60,000 bases of DNA. Source: Lama guanicoe (taxonomy: Eukaryota). The position numbers and the translations under genes are program-made. Of the stretch, positions 23,876 to 36,246 are shown in pieces. The stretch's first letter is position 1; each line of letters opens with the position of its first letter. Location: contig MU053379.1 in assembly GCA_013239625.1 (NCBI GenBank), positions 4,485,229-4,545,228 of the forward strand, read 5' to 3'. The notes under the pieces were generated by a model. That model was not told where the DNA came from and made no database searches. It worked only from the letters and a program-made list of their open reading frames with translations.

Positions 23876-26486
23876 GCTGCCTTATGTCCGCCATGCACGT
23901 CTCTCCACACCAAGCAGATCTGTGAGCACAGCTTTTCTGGGGAGCACAGCTGTCTCCTGTTAATCTCCCCAAAAAATCTTCTCTATAAATAACTGGGGCA
24001 ATTGAGTTGTTTAGAAAACCTGAGGGTTTGCCGAGAGCAAACATCACATTGTTCGCATTCTGACTGGCGCGATTACCAAATGAGTCCTGTTTCCCCATCT
24101 GATTGTTAAACCTGATAAGTCAGCTTCTTTTTGTTAACAAAATCGCTGGGTTCCGCCTGCTACGTGATGTTCAACTGAATTAACAGAGACTGGAGGCGAA
24201 ATCTGGGCACAAGGAGCCACCAGGCTCACAGCAAGCTTCCATTCACAGACTAATTAAAGTGGCCGTGATGGCTTTAGGAAACTGGGCTTCTCGGGGTGTG
24301 CAAACGAGGCCTTCTGGCTCGGGAAGAGCTGCGAATAGCTCCCTCTGGCCGCACCGCCCATCACACTGCTCAGCCCTCAGGAAGATATTTTTCTTTTGAA
24401 GCTTTCTAAGCTGTTTTTACTCTGTGGGGCAAGGTTAATAGAAGCAGGCTCTCTCCTCGCTTCACACTTCCACATTTCCCCAAAGCGTCCTTTGGAAAAT
24501 ACAGTGACACCAAACGAGAAAGCATCACCATGGCCGCCCTGCTGTCCGTGGGTGTGGGGACCAGCCCCCCAGCTCTGCTCTCTGGGCTGGACACTGGCCT
24601 GCAGTAAGGCCACGGTGTGGACGTGTTTGGACCGGTCAGCTCGCAAGCAGGCTCTCTGTAAATCCTTGGAGATGTTAAGGAAAGTACTTACACTGTGTAA
24701 ATAGGGCCAACAAGTGGGTGGCACCACCTTTAATGACCCCACTGGGCGATGTTCGTCGAGACCACCCAAGGAGGCTTCAGTTCCCTGGAGGGGACAGAGC
24801 TGAGCTTGGCCGGCCATTTCCGACGATTTGAGGTTCGACCCTGTGAAATTACATGGTCCATTAGAGACCAAATCTAGTGCAGATGTGTGTGATTTCCGCT
24901 TTGCAGGAAATGAGTGCTGATACTGCAGACACACCGCCCCTGCGGGGCACTAACTCGCCAGTGCTGCCCCGAGGCAATGAACTCATCTCCAGACAGCGCT
25001 TCCAGCGAGCTGGAACCCTGACCCTCGCTCAGTTTCTCCTGCTTCCTTCCACTAGTGACCCGGAACGGCGACTTTGAGAGCCAGGGCTGGGACCCAGGAC
25101 ACCAGCTCCTACCGGGGTGGAGACAGCCCTTTGTTCCAGGTTCCTGTTTCCGGACACAGGGCACCCCGACCTCAGCGGGACTCGCTCGCTCCCACGGCCC
25201 TGTGGGCCGGCCCTCCGGAGCCTCTGCCGCCGGTCCGCCTGGGCTCACATCTGCAGCTGCATCGCTGGTGGCCTGAAGGGCCCGGACGGCCCTGGACGGC
25301 CCCCGTCACGGGGCTAGCAGGTGCCACTGGCCGGGACACCTCGGCCCTCCTCCCCCAGCCCTCCTGCAGGCCGGCCCGTTTCTTCACCACCTGGGGGAGG
25401 CCTCAGGATTCCAAGAAGGGAGGGCAGACACTTCAAGGTAACTTGAGGTCTGGACTCTAACCACGTGCTTGTAGAGAAAGTGGGTCAGGAGACCCACCCA
25501 GAGTCAAGAGGTGGAGAGGTCATCCTCGTCCCTGTTCACTGAGAAACAGCCACGCCTCTGTGGGTGTGGCACCACGACCAGGCTGACTCGCTCCCGCCCG
25601 CTTCCACGCAGGCGGGCCAGGGTCTTCCATCTGCTCTCTTTCCTGCCTCCGTTGTAGCCCCATGAAGAGGGGAGACCAGAGGCCCCTTGGAGGAAGCAGA
25701 GTGTGGACTCGGAGGTCCCCAATCTCAGTGAGAGGGCAGACGTCGCCCCCCGGCCGGCCCCGGGGGCAGAGGGAGCCACAGCCTGCCCTCCAGGTCAGCA
25801 ACCAGGGTGAGGGCGACACTGGCTTCAGGGGTCATCGGCCTCCTCCCTCCCAACCCTGGGAAGAGCAGACCACATGCTGGCCCAAGCCTCAGGGCCACAC
25901 TGACCGCGAGGACTCTAGAGGCCAACCTGAGGCCAGGGTGTACCGCTGTCGGTGCAGTCCCCACAGCCCTGGAGGTGGACATGGGGCCTGAGGGCCGACT
26001 CTGGAAGGCCGGCCGTCTCAGAGCAGCCTCGTCAATCTGCAGAGGGCCCGAGCAGCATCGCGGGGTCAGGGCTTCCAGGGTGGGTGACCACGATGAGCTG
26101 GCCCTGCTGTCCCATGGCTCAGAACGGAGCAGCGTGTCTACCTGAACCCAGGGACCCTGCACCTGGTGAAGAGATGGTGTAGACCTGCTTGAGCCGCCTC
26201 AGAATCCTCTGTGAAACAGAGACAAGGAGGGAGGGGTGGGGAGGGAGGGGGAGGGGAGGGGTGAGGGAGGGGCCTCCCTCCCTCCTCCCCACCCCCACGG
26301 CTCCCTGCCCAGCCACACGCGTGTGCAAGTCCAGGGAACGGGATGGGGAGAATGAGCAATGCAGGGCTCGGTGGCCCTGCACATCCTGCCCCTCACGCCC
26401 TCCTGCCGGCTGCTCTGCTCCACGTGCTCTCCTCCCTGGTCCCTGCAAGATGGTGAAATGACCCTCTTGCCCAACATGCCTGATGG

Positions 26487-26568
26487 GCTCACCCACCATC
26501 AGGCCACAAGAAGACGGACTTCCTGATGACACAACCTCTGCGCAAGCAGGTTGGGACCGGGCACCTCT
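26487..26568 (+). repeat. 82-bp dispersed direct repeat, copy 1
   Basis: gctcacccaccatcaggccacaagaagacggacttcctgatgacacaacctctgcgcaagcaggttgggaccgggcacctct; second copy at 27853-27934. Confidence 0.95.
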
Positions 26569-26886
26569 CCACCAGACCCAGCACAGAGTGGCCGTTGGGA
26601 GGTTACGTCTGGGGCACAGGCTGAGGTGGAAAAGGGCGTGGCAGGGAGGGGGTGCAGGGCTTGCTGGAAGGGGTCATTTGTCTTGACGGGGAGGCTGCTG
26701 AACGCAGCAAATCACGGGTGAACCCACGCAGTCCCAGCACACCTCCCTGCCACCCCCTCCGGGGTCAGGCCCTCCAGGGAGCAGGCCGCCCACCGGTGCC
26801 ACCACCCAAGGCTCGGTGTTGGACGCGTGGGTGCAAAGCGGACTCACGGGACCCTGGCCCCGAGGTGCGGCTGAAAGCACAGGGCC

Positions 26887-27322
26887 TGTTACCAGGTCCA
26901 AACTCGTTCTGCTCGCCGCACCACAGGCCAGTAAATCAGGAGATGAGGCGTTGGGGCAAGGAATAGCGACTTTATTCAGAAAGCCGGCAGACTGAGAAGA
27001 TGGCAGACTGATGTCTTGGAGAACCATCCTGCTCCACAGGATGAACACAGGCTCCTCTCACACAGAAAAAACAGGGCAGGGGGTGTGGCTGGTTGCTGCA
27101 AACTTCTAGGTGTTGGAATCCCCTGTTCCTACAGCCGTCCGGGGGGTCAGGTCAGGGTATCCCTGTAAACCTCCAACAAAACAAATGTTATTCTCTGTTC
27201 TGCAACTTTGTATCTTTATGCGAGTGCAGCGCTAGCAAGACGAAGCCTGGGGATCAGGGCCCAGTGGCCAGAGCGAACGGAACAGCCCCCACGTGGAGTC
27301 AGATTTGTTCTCCTCTGTTACA
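26887..27322 (-). mobile_element. ERV1-class solo LTR, antisense (436 bp)
   Basis: tgttacc...ctgttaca termini; 4-bp TSD ggcc/ggct; antisense poly(A) signal tttatt 26971-26976; shares terminal regions with the LTR at 53473-53943. Confidence 0.85.
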
Positions 27323-27852
27323 GGCTGCGTCCCCTCCTGCATGGGAGGCTGTGTGAGCCGGGTTCCGATCGCGAATGGTGCTCATAACAAGATAAGGCCG
27401 GACATCTGTGGTGTGTGCAGGTCAAACGAGACAAAACACAGAAGGCGCAGGCCAGCGCCGGGTGACCGTAGAAGGTGAGCTGCTGTTGGATTAGCTGCTG
27501 TTTATTTCTCCAAAGGAAGAAGGGGCTGTACCTTGGAGGCGTATAAACAAAGCCGTGGACACCACACGGCCCTGAGAGTCAGGTGAGGGGTGTTGGCGCC
27601 ATCACACCAGCCGAGGGCACAGCAAGAGGAATGGGGCGCTCCCACGGGGGGCATCACACGGGACCTGGAACGTTCCCTGGCCCTGGGATCCCAGCCCTGC
27701 CAGTGATGGCTCCTGGATGGGGGGGGGGTCTCCAGACATGCCCAGTCACCACTTCCTTGAGAAACCCTAGCATCTCCCCAGGAAATCCCCTTTTCCACTT
27801 CTGCCTGCAGACGAGAAAGGGGCTGCTGCAAACTGTCACCTTCCTGCTGGCC

Positions 27853-27934
27853 GCTCACCCACCATCAGGCCACCGGGAGACGGACTTCCTGATGACACAA
27901 CCTCTGCGCAAGCAGGTTGGGACCGGGCACCTCT
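27853..27934 (+). repeat. 82-bp dispersed direct repeat, copy 2
   Basis: Identical to 26487-26568 except three clustered substitutions (cacaagaagac vs caccgggagac). Confidence 0.95.
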
Positions 27935-28149
27935 GTGTGTGAGGTGCAGCTTTCTCTGTTCCCATGAGTCGGCGTGCAGCAGAGACCCTGCTGGTGGTTC
28001 CAGCAGGTGCTCCCCACGGCGAGCCAACCCAGAGATGGTCCTCGTCTTGAAAATCAGGAGGTGGTTCTGTCCTCCCCCCAGCTCTAATGGGCCTGGGTTC
28101 TGGGGCTGAAGCCAAGTTCTGCCAGCCGTGAACGGAGATCCTGTGGGGG

Positions 28150-28460
28150 CCAGGGGACGGGGACAGGGGAGAGGGTCAGAAAATGGGGCGGGGTCAGAGG
28201 ATGGAGGACAGGGTCAGAGGATGGGGATGAGATCAGNNNNNNNNNNNNNNNNNNNNNNNNNNNNNNNNNNNNNNNNNNNNNNNNNNNNNNNNNNNNNNNN
28301 NNNNNNNNNNNNNNNNNNNNNNNNNNNNNNNNNNNNNNNNNNNNNNNNNNNNNNNNNNNNNNNNNNNNNNNNNNNNNNNNNNNNNNNNNNNNNNNNNNNN
28401 NNNNNNNNNNNNNNCACGGGGTCAGAGGGCAGGGAATGGGGTCAGAGGACAGGGACAGGG
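28150..28460 (+). repeat. ~20-bp G-rich minisatellite spanning a 178-N gap
   Basis: Units gggtcagaaaatggggcg / gggtcagaggatggaggaca / gggtcagaggatggggatga left of the gap and gggtcagagggcagggaatg / gggtcagaggacagggaca right of it. Confidence 0.8.
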
Positions 28461-30293
28461 CACATTGGGCAGACACTGGTTTTGCAGCGTGGACGATGAC
28501 CAGGAACACCAGCCCCCACAAATGCATTTAGACGCTATAATTAACCACTGGGAAAAAAAAATGTAATTTTTCCAGATATTTTTCCTCTCAGCAGACATCC
28601 AGGATGTGCTTTTCTAGGTCCCTTCCCTTGAAGTGTGTATATTTTGAAGGAAACGTTGCCCGTGTGTTGCTTACTCGTGTTTCACGCAGATGCTCTCAGC
28701 GAGTATTTACTCGAGGCCCCAAAACAACTTCCATTTGTTTGTGTTTTTAGAGAAACTTCCTAAACTTAAAAACAGGAAGTCCTCGCTGGTCCGGTATACG
28801 ATCGTAAGCTCTGTGGGTTTTCTAGGTTTGAGATTAGGTGTCCATGACGGGGCAGGAGGGGTTTCAAACCACTGCCACCCACATCGGCCGTGCTCACGGG
28901 TGGCAGTGCCTGGAGGGGACCAGGAGAGGCCAGGCCTCGTGAAAAACCGGCTTGGACCCACGGCCCTGAAAGGCTTTGGCCCTGAATGCCCGTCCTCCTC
29001 CGCCGGCCTCGAGAGGGAAGGGAAAGGGCATCTTGGAACTGCCTCTGGCGGGTAAGGCAATGTGTCCTTGCAGCAAAGTGTACGACAGCTCTGCCTTGGC
29101 GGGGCCCTCCCGCTGCCAAAGGGAAGTGGGGAGGTCAGCGGGAGGAGGTGACGTGGAGGTGAGGGACTGGGGGACCAGGGCGGCAGGGGGTGCCGCCCCG
29201 CGTCTGACCTGCTGCCCCCGTTCTCCGCCCGAGGCCTCAGCCCTACCATCCGTCAAGTGGGAGAGAACACACCTCTCTTATAAATATACGCGCATCAGAA
29301 ATGGCTTCCACAGCCCCCGCACATGTCGGCGGGCACCCTCAGCAGACAGCACAGGAGGTCGGGGGGGACCTGCCCTGGCCGTGTGACCGGGTGGCCACAC
29401 CTGCCCTGACCAGTGTACCGTGGAGGTTCTGGGTCAGTTTCCAGAGGACGCCGTGCAGACATCGACTCTGAGTCTGTGTCTGTCAGCGCTCAGCTGGATC
29501 GGGGTCCCCAAAGTGGGGCACGTGACCCGAGGGGGGTGCAAGAATGTCCAGCGAGGCCTGGGGAGGACACAAGGGATTGCTTTATGAGAACGTCTCCAGA
29601 TGTGAGAAAGAGCATCTCCCTGTACTTGGGGTGAGACTGATCCCTGTGGAGCAGCCAGCACTGCACCCCTGAGCCGTCGGGGACAGGGTGGGAGGCGGGG
29701 GCGCGGGAGCCCCAGCCCGCAGTCTAGCCACTCAGCCTCCATCCAGCGCTGTGGTCTGTGTGTACCTGGCGCACCGGTGGGGACCCGGAGGGACCTTGGC
29801 GGTACTTTGATGTGAGTCGGGCGTGGCCGTGCAAAGCTTGACACCACACGGCTGGTGCGGATCGGTGCACACGGACCAGCAGTTCTAGACACCCGGTGGG
29901 CGGCCCTCCTGCAAAAGGCAGGCTCTTGTTTGTCTACACTGTCCTCTGCAGACAAAGGCTGGTCATCGCATGCAGCCTGCCAGGGTTTCTGAAAAAATAA
30001 ACCTGTGGACGCTGTCTTCTCAAGGGAAAAGTGATGTTTTCAAAGTGGAAGAGAAAGAAACTCATCTCACAGAGAGACTGAAAAATGTGGAGTGTTTTCC
30101 GTCCTCGGGAGATTCTATCCTGGGAAACAACTGAAGCACGTTGCTTTAAAAGCCACCATATGTGTCCACCGAGGAAACTAGCGAACAGAATCTGGTGCCT
30201 GTGTGTCTCCAGCCAGGGCAGGGTCCGGAGAACCAGAGCCCAGCGTGCCCCAAACTTAGAAGCCTGAACTGCTGCTTCAGAAAGTCCAAGCAA

Positions 30294-30390
30294 GGGGGGG
30301 GGTGCAGCTCAGTGGTAGAGCGTGTGCTTAGCACGCACGGGGTCCTGGGTTCAGTCCCAGTCCCTCCGTCAGAAAAGGAGAAAAAGGAAG
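30294..30390 (+). mobile_element. tRNA-Ala-derived camelid SINE (short copy)
   Basis: ggggtgcagctcagtggtagagcgtgtgcttagcacgcacggggtcctgggttcagtcccag followed directly by an A-rich tail; degenerate TSD aaagtccaagcaa/gaagtctgattaa. Confidence 0.85.
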
Positions 30391-33079
30391 TCTGATTAAG
30401 ATTTATAAAACCAATGGTGTGTATTTAATCATATCAATGCTTCCAGTACCACTTTAGTAAGGAAAAAAGAGATTGAAGTCCACAATAAAAAAATTAATGG
30501 AAATTATTTTAAATATTGTTGACTTCATCTTTGTTGCAATCTTTTTATTTTGATAGATACTCTATTATCCAGATAACGTGCCCCTTCAGTGTCGCGGGTA
30601 TGGGATGTGTGTGTACACATGCACACAAAGTCTGTTAGTATTTTGGGGGTGAGTTTTTAGATTTAGGGGTATCTCCCTGGTCCCCCTGAGTAGGAGGCCC
30701 ATGGAGCCCCAGCCCACCCCCCAGCGGAGTCCCCCTCTGCCCTCCAGCCTGCACCTCACCTGGGAGCTGGCCTCTCTGCTCCTGCCCTGCTCCTGCCCTG
30801 CTCCTGCCCGGCCCCAAAACGCACGGAGCCTGTCTTTTGGCAGAAAGGCCAGCGTGGAAATGGCACCTGAGCGAGAGCCTCGGACGTGAGCCAAAGGAAA
30901 CAAGTGCCCGTCCCTGGAAACCAGGTCCAGAAGCGTGATTCCTTGGGTGTCTACAGGGCAGGGCACACACAGGTGCACAACAGGGCACACGCCACTTAAC
31001 AAGTCCAGCAAGCAGATGCTCTTCATCACGGTTTTAATCGCCCAGAAAAGTGACGCTGGTGTGCGGTGTGGCAGAAGAAAAACAAGAAGAGAACGTGGAA
31101 CTTGGAAGTGTACAGTCTAACTCGGAGGAAGAGCACCTCAGACACCAGGGCAGTCAGAACAGGGTAAAACATTCCTGAGTAAATAAAGTGCACCAGAGCG
31201 GCAGGCGCACCCCCAGAGCCAGGCCAGGCTGGCAAGTGGCTCGGGGGGCAAAGGACACCCCCAGGTCGGGTGACGGCGAGAGACGCCTGGCTCCCCGTCC
31301 CGTCGTGGGGCCAGCTCCGCAGGCCCAGCGGCTTCTGCTCCTGGATACCCCTCTCCCACCCTTTCCCCCCACCTCCTGCCTCCTGGGACCGCCCCGGGGC
31401 ACCTCCTGCCCCCTCCCTGTCCTGCCTTGGCTCTGCTCTCAGGGATCAAATTAAACACACGTGGTCTGTCCGGTGGGCACAGCCTCCCGCCCAGGGGTCT
31501 GAACCACACGTGCCTCTCTCCTTCCAAAAACTGTAGCCTGTGCTGCCTGTGGCCTCGTGGTCCCGGGCTCTGCGTCTTCCGGAAGCCTGGGGACGTGGGG
31601 GAGCAGCCCCGCCACCAGCTCCAGTGCGTGAGGGGCCGAAGAGCCCGTCTGGCCCCCGCAGGAAACGGCCCCGCATCTGGGACACAGGCTTCCTGCCGCC
31701 GGCCCCTCCGTCCCCGGTGCCTGCTGTGCCTCCATCCAAGCCCACAGTCTTCCACCCTTTACACCAGGTATCTGGGGGGCAGCTGGAGCTGCACCTGCCA
31801 GGCCCAGGGTCCCCGTGCCAGTTAGGGGTCTCCGTGGGCTAGAGCGCCAGGCAAGCCAGCCTCCGCCCAAGGGGCCCGTGCGGAGCAGAGCAAAGCGGGC
31901 ACTTCTGAGCTTGTGCGCTGGCGCCGCCTCCCGAGCGCCCTCCTCGTGTCCCCGTGGAGCCGCCCTCAGACGGTCGCTGCAGAAGCTGGGCAGGTGACAG
32001 CCGGGAAGCAGCCCCAACAGGATGGGGCGCCCGGGGATGAGAAATGCCCGTGCTGGCTGCCGGCTCGGGTCCCAGGGAGGAAGCAGCGTGGACGAGACTT
32101 CAGATTCCGGTCCACACGCTGAGGAGGAAACAACACGCTCAGCATCACCTTTTCTCTTACTCATTCGTTGCTACTTTTGCGGCCGTGACTGTGTGTCGGG
32201 CACGTGCGCCACGCTGCCCGTTGGCTCCTTTTCTCCCCAAAACGTCACCTCGTTTATTCCCTGAAACAAACCCTTCGCGTGGGTTGTATTGATGCCCCCA
32301 CTCAGCCAACGCGTGTGCCCCCCACTCACCGACACTCACCTGTGGTGACGCCCATCGCAGTGCGGTCTGTCCACAGAGCCCCCCCGGGTGACGCCATCCC
32401 GCCCCCCGCACCGCGCATGCCCTGCCAGGAACTGCCTGGAACTGGAGGAGAAAATTCACCCCTTCATTTTTCCAAATGAATGTGGCTCAGTTAAGCGACC
32501 TCGGGGTGAATTCTGCCAAGAGTCAACTAGCCCTGACAGCGGTGCCCTTCGGTCCCTGCCCCGCTCCGGGGAAGCGGGTGGTCCAAGGTGACTCAGGGGA
32601 CATTAGCACACTGGCGAGGAGCCAGGTTCTCGTCTCAGGTTGGTTTGGGCAAAAGCCAACTTCTGCCCCAATTCATTTTCTTCCAGCAACAGATCGTATG
32701 TATCCCCCAGCTCGGGCGTGTTTACTGAGAAGAAACAGGCTGTGTGGGTGGAAACAGGCCGCCGCGCCCACACACCAGGCCTTAGGGCACCTGCCTGCGG
32801 CCGGCCTGGGCGGGCCGGTGCCGCGGCTCGCGCGGGGGGCCCGGGGCCCACCCGTCTCCCATCCACGCACTTGCTCTTGCTTTTCCTCCTGTAACACCCC
32901 ACCCAGGGCCTCCAGGTTCTGGGCCGACGACAACGTGATCATCATCGTGGTTTTTTTAAACAAGTCGGCAACAAATAGAAACGAAGATTAACCCAAAAAC
33001 CAACCGATTTCGGATAAACCGAGACACCCCTGCAGGGACCCCAGGCAGCGCCTGCAGCCGGCGTGCTGCTGTGTGTGCT

Positions 33080-33308
33080 CAGTGAGGGCAAGTCCAAAAC
33101 AGCCCGTGCTCTGCTGCAGGCAGCCACGCAGAACAGACGGGCAAGGAGGGCAAGGTCCCCTGTGCAGCACAGGCAACCACAGTCACAGGCTCGCGGTGAC
33201 CTGCAGTGGAGAAGGACGCGCATGTATCCGTGTGTGTGTGCAGCTGAATCCCTGTGCCGCACGCCGGAAACTGACACAGCACTGTAAATCCAGAAAATGC
33301 AAAAAAAG
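33080..33308 (+). mobile_element. Artiodactyl-type L1 3' end
   Basis: caaggtcccctgtgcagcacaggcaac...cagctgaatccctgtgccgcacgccggaaactgacacagcactgtaaatc matches the L1 tail caaggtcctactgtatagcacagggaac...aactgaatcactttgctgtacaccagaaactaacacaacattgtaaatc. Confidence 0.8.
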
Positions 33309-33438
33309 TGTTCAAATGGTGCTGAACTTCACCCTGTGGGGTTTGGCTGTCAGCCGAGGCCTTAAGATCTGACGGGTAGCTTTAAATAAATCCCTTGCTG
33401 TTTTCAAAGCACACACACACAAATGGTGATGTCATCTG

Positions 33439-33593
33439 ATGGGGACAGAGTTTGGGGGAGGACGAGAAATGTCTGCATGTGGGTGGTGGGGTGGCTGGGC
33501 AACATGAACGTGCTTAATGCCAGTGAACCACACACTCAGAAACGGCTACAACGGCTGAATTGTATGTTCTGTACCTTTTACCACCATGAAAAG
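33439..33593 (+). mobile_element. L1MB-type 3' end
   Basis: atggggacagagttt...catgaacgtgcttaatgccagtgaaccacacactcagaaacggctacaacggctgaattgtatgttctgtaccttttaccac matches the L1MB terminus. Confidence 0.85.
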
Positions 33594-36246
33594 AACACAA
33601 GAGGTCATTCGGAAATAATCTGAGGTACTTTTCTGTATGTTTGAAATACTTCATAACATTAACAAGCACATAAATAAATACATAAAAGTGAGTATTAAAA
33701 TCGCAGTGCTGACCCCCCACCCTAAAAATCCCCGCAGGTACACCAGCACGTTCCGAGGCGAGGATTCTCGAGGAGGCCCGGCGTCCGCGCACGCGCGGGC
33801 GCCCGCACCCAGCCCCCAGGTCTTCCCATCACCCTGGTGGGAGGTGGGTCACGGCTCAGAGCGGGAGTGGGGGTTGACTGTGTCCGAGGGGAGCAGGAGG
33901 GCCGATGGGGACGGGAGCCCCCACGCCCGATGCCCCTTCCGTACCTGGCCCGTCTTGGCGAGTGTCCTCGTTGGGGCCAGGGAACAACTGACAGTGCCCA
34001 GCAGCCAGGCCCGCGCACCTCAGGCCACTCGGACACCCGCTCAGCCCACCAGCGCCCACAGGACCGCGTGACTCCCCCGGCTCCGAGGCTTCATGCAAGT
34101 ACTGAGGAGAATGCCTGAAAATGGACCCAGGTCAGCTCATGTGTGTGGCCGTCCGGCTTGTGGGCAAGAGCTCCCTGGCTTGAGCGTCTCCAGGCCACGC
34201 TGGGAGCCGTGGGTGGGTGTTCGCAGCGGCTGGCGGGGTGGAGGGGCGTCATCCCTGCTGTCGGGTCCAGACCTGGGGTCTCTGGCCACACTGCTCCTGG
34301 CACCTGGTCCCCGAACCCCCCGAGCTCCTCTCGGGCACCGTCCACCCCTGGCTTCCAGACTGACCGTCACAGGAAGTGGGGAGGAAAAGGCGAGCGACAG
34401 CTGGAGCCCCTGCGGGTGAAACGGCGCAGAGGGCGGCCACCCCCCTGCGGACACTCGGGGCCGACCCTGCGGCCCTGCCAGCAGCTGCCAGCCGGCCACG
34501 GGCTCTGTAAAGAGCTGGTGTGAGTGGTCAGGCTTCACAAGCCAGTCGGTGTCCTGCACACTGGTCACCTGCCCCGAGGCGGTGGACGTCGCGGGGGCCG
34601 AGAAGATGGGCTCGTGGCTTTGAACTTTCCCGTCTCATGTGATACTGACACTCTTTTTCTGCTTTCCCCTCAGTCATCTAAAACTGTAAAGACCTGGGGC
34701 TGAGCAGGAAACCCAGGGGCCTCCCCGGGACGGACCCCACCCTCACGTCCTCGCCCGCCTCCTGTTGGCAGGAGTGCTGTGGCCTCCCGAGCCGCCCCCG
34801 AGCGCAGAGAGCCGGCCCAGCAGTTATTGGTGAAGACGAGAGCCTCAGGACCCCCAGCTCCTCCCAGGAGGACGCCGGTCCCCGGGCCAGGCTGCGGACA
34901 CTGAAACCTCCACCAGAGGGAAAGGGCGAGTGCGCGATGACCAGACCTTGGCCATGACACGGCTGTTCCACCTTGAGCAGGGCGGAGCCCGCGGTTTGCA
35001 CGATTCTGAGAACTGGCCTCGAGGAAATGGGAACAAACCGGCCCTGGAGTTGAAGATGAACTGCGCTTAAAACAATCAAGTTGTGGCTGACCCGACCCCC
35101 GCAGACCTGGAGGACTATCAGCTTGACCATCGGGGCTGGCCGCGCTGCCCTGCGCGTAGCCCCGGCCGACACACCTGGAAGCTGCCCGGTTTTCCCTGTG
35201 AAACCCTTTTCCCTCTAACTGACAACGGGGGACGATTTAGGGGACGCCAGTCCGCCATCTACCCATCTGCCAGCTTCCTGAGAAAAACTTCTTTTTCCGC
35301 CAACCCCGTCTCTGAAACGTTGATTTCTGAGCAAAGAGCAGCAGAGCCTGAGTTCGGTTCTGGTCCAGCTGGGGACAAAACCCCGGGCCACTCACAACCA
35401 CACAGAAGCCAGATTTGCTCCCAGGGTCACAGGCTGCTCCCCTGGTTTACCCTGGAGGCGACACCACGAGATGCCTCGGTGGCAGCGAGGGCTGTGCACG
35501 TGGGAGGGGCAGCCCTGGGGAGGGGCGGGGAGGGGAGAAACGCAGCCCTTCCAGGGAAGCCACCCGCCTCCATCAGGCAGGTTGTTCGCTCTCCACTCTT
35601 TGCCGTGGCTGAAGCATCAGCGCTGACGTGGACGCCTCCGCCAGCTCCCGTGGGCGCCGGGTTTGTCCCCCACCACCAATGAGACCACTGCCGTCACCCT
35701 GATCTTCTGAGGAGAAAATTGGGGCAAAATGCAAGAAGGAAGCTGCCCAAGACCACGTGGATGGCGGGGTGGGCGCAGCGTCGGGCGCAGGCATCTGGTC
35801 TCAGCCTCGGCACCCCTCCCCCCGTGTCCACCGGCCACTGCAGGGGTCTTACCCAGAACATCGGGGCCGCCCACCCCCACCCAGGGGTCCAGAAAGTTCT
35901 GTTTCTTCTCTCCGACAGGCTCCTGCACCCACTTCTCCACATCCACAGGCCCAACAGAGCACATGGAAGCTGCTGCTCTGGCCGCTGTCCGAGTGACCAC
36001 GTGTGCCCAGCTCAGTCACACGCACACACACACGCTCACCTCCCTGCCCCTCGGGTCCCCCTGGGCTGGGTCGAGCCCCATTGCAGGGGATGGGTGGAGG
36101 GTGGAGGGTGGATGGGAGGCATGGCCTCCGCAGAGGGGTTAGTGGGACACGGGGGTCCAGTGACGTCCTTGACCTGGCTGGGGCAGCAGGGAGAGGCAGG
36201 CAGGGCCGGGGTGGAGGCCCTAACACGTCGTCGTGTGCCGCCTCGG

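Noticed and set aside
26487..27934. CRISPR-like or prokaryotic repeat-spacer interpretation of the direct repeats
   Set aside because: Only two copies, far apart, in clearly mammalian DNA with no cas-like ORFs.
30297..30368. Apparent tRNA-Ala(AGC) gene
   Set aside because: Acceptor and T stems are mismatched, and it is followed by an A-rich tail rather than an oligo-T terminator. Three sibling copies in the window mark it as a SINE.
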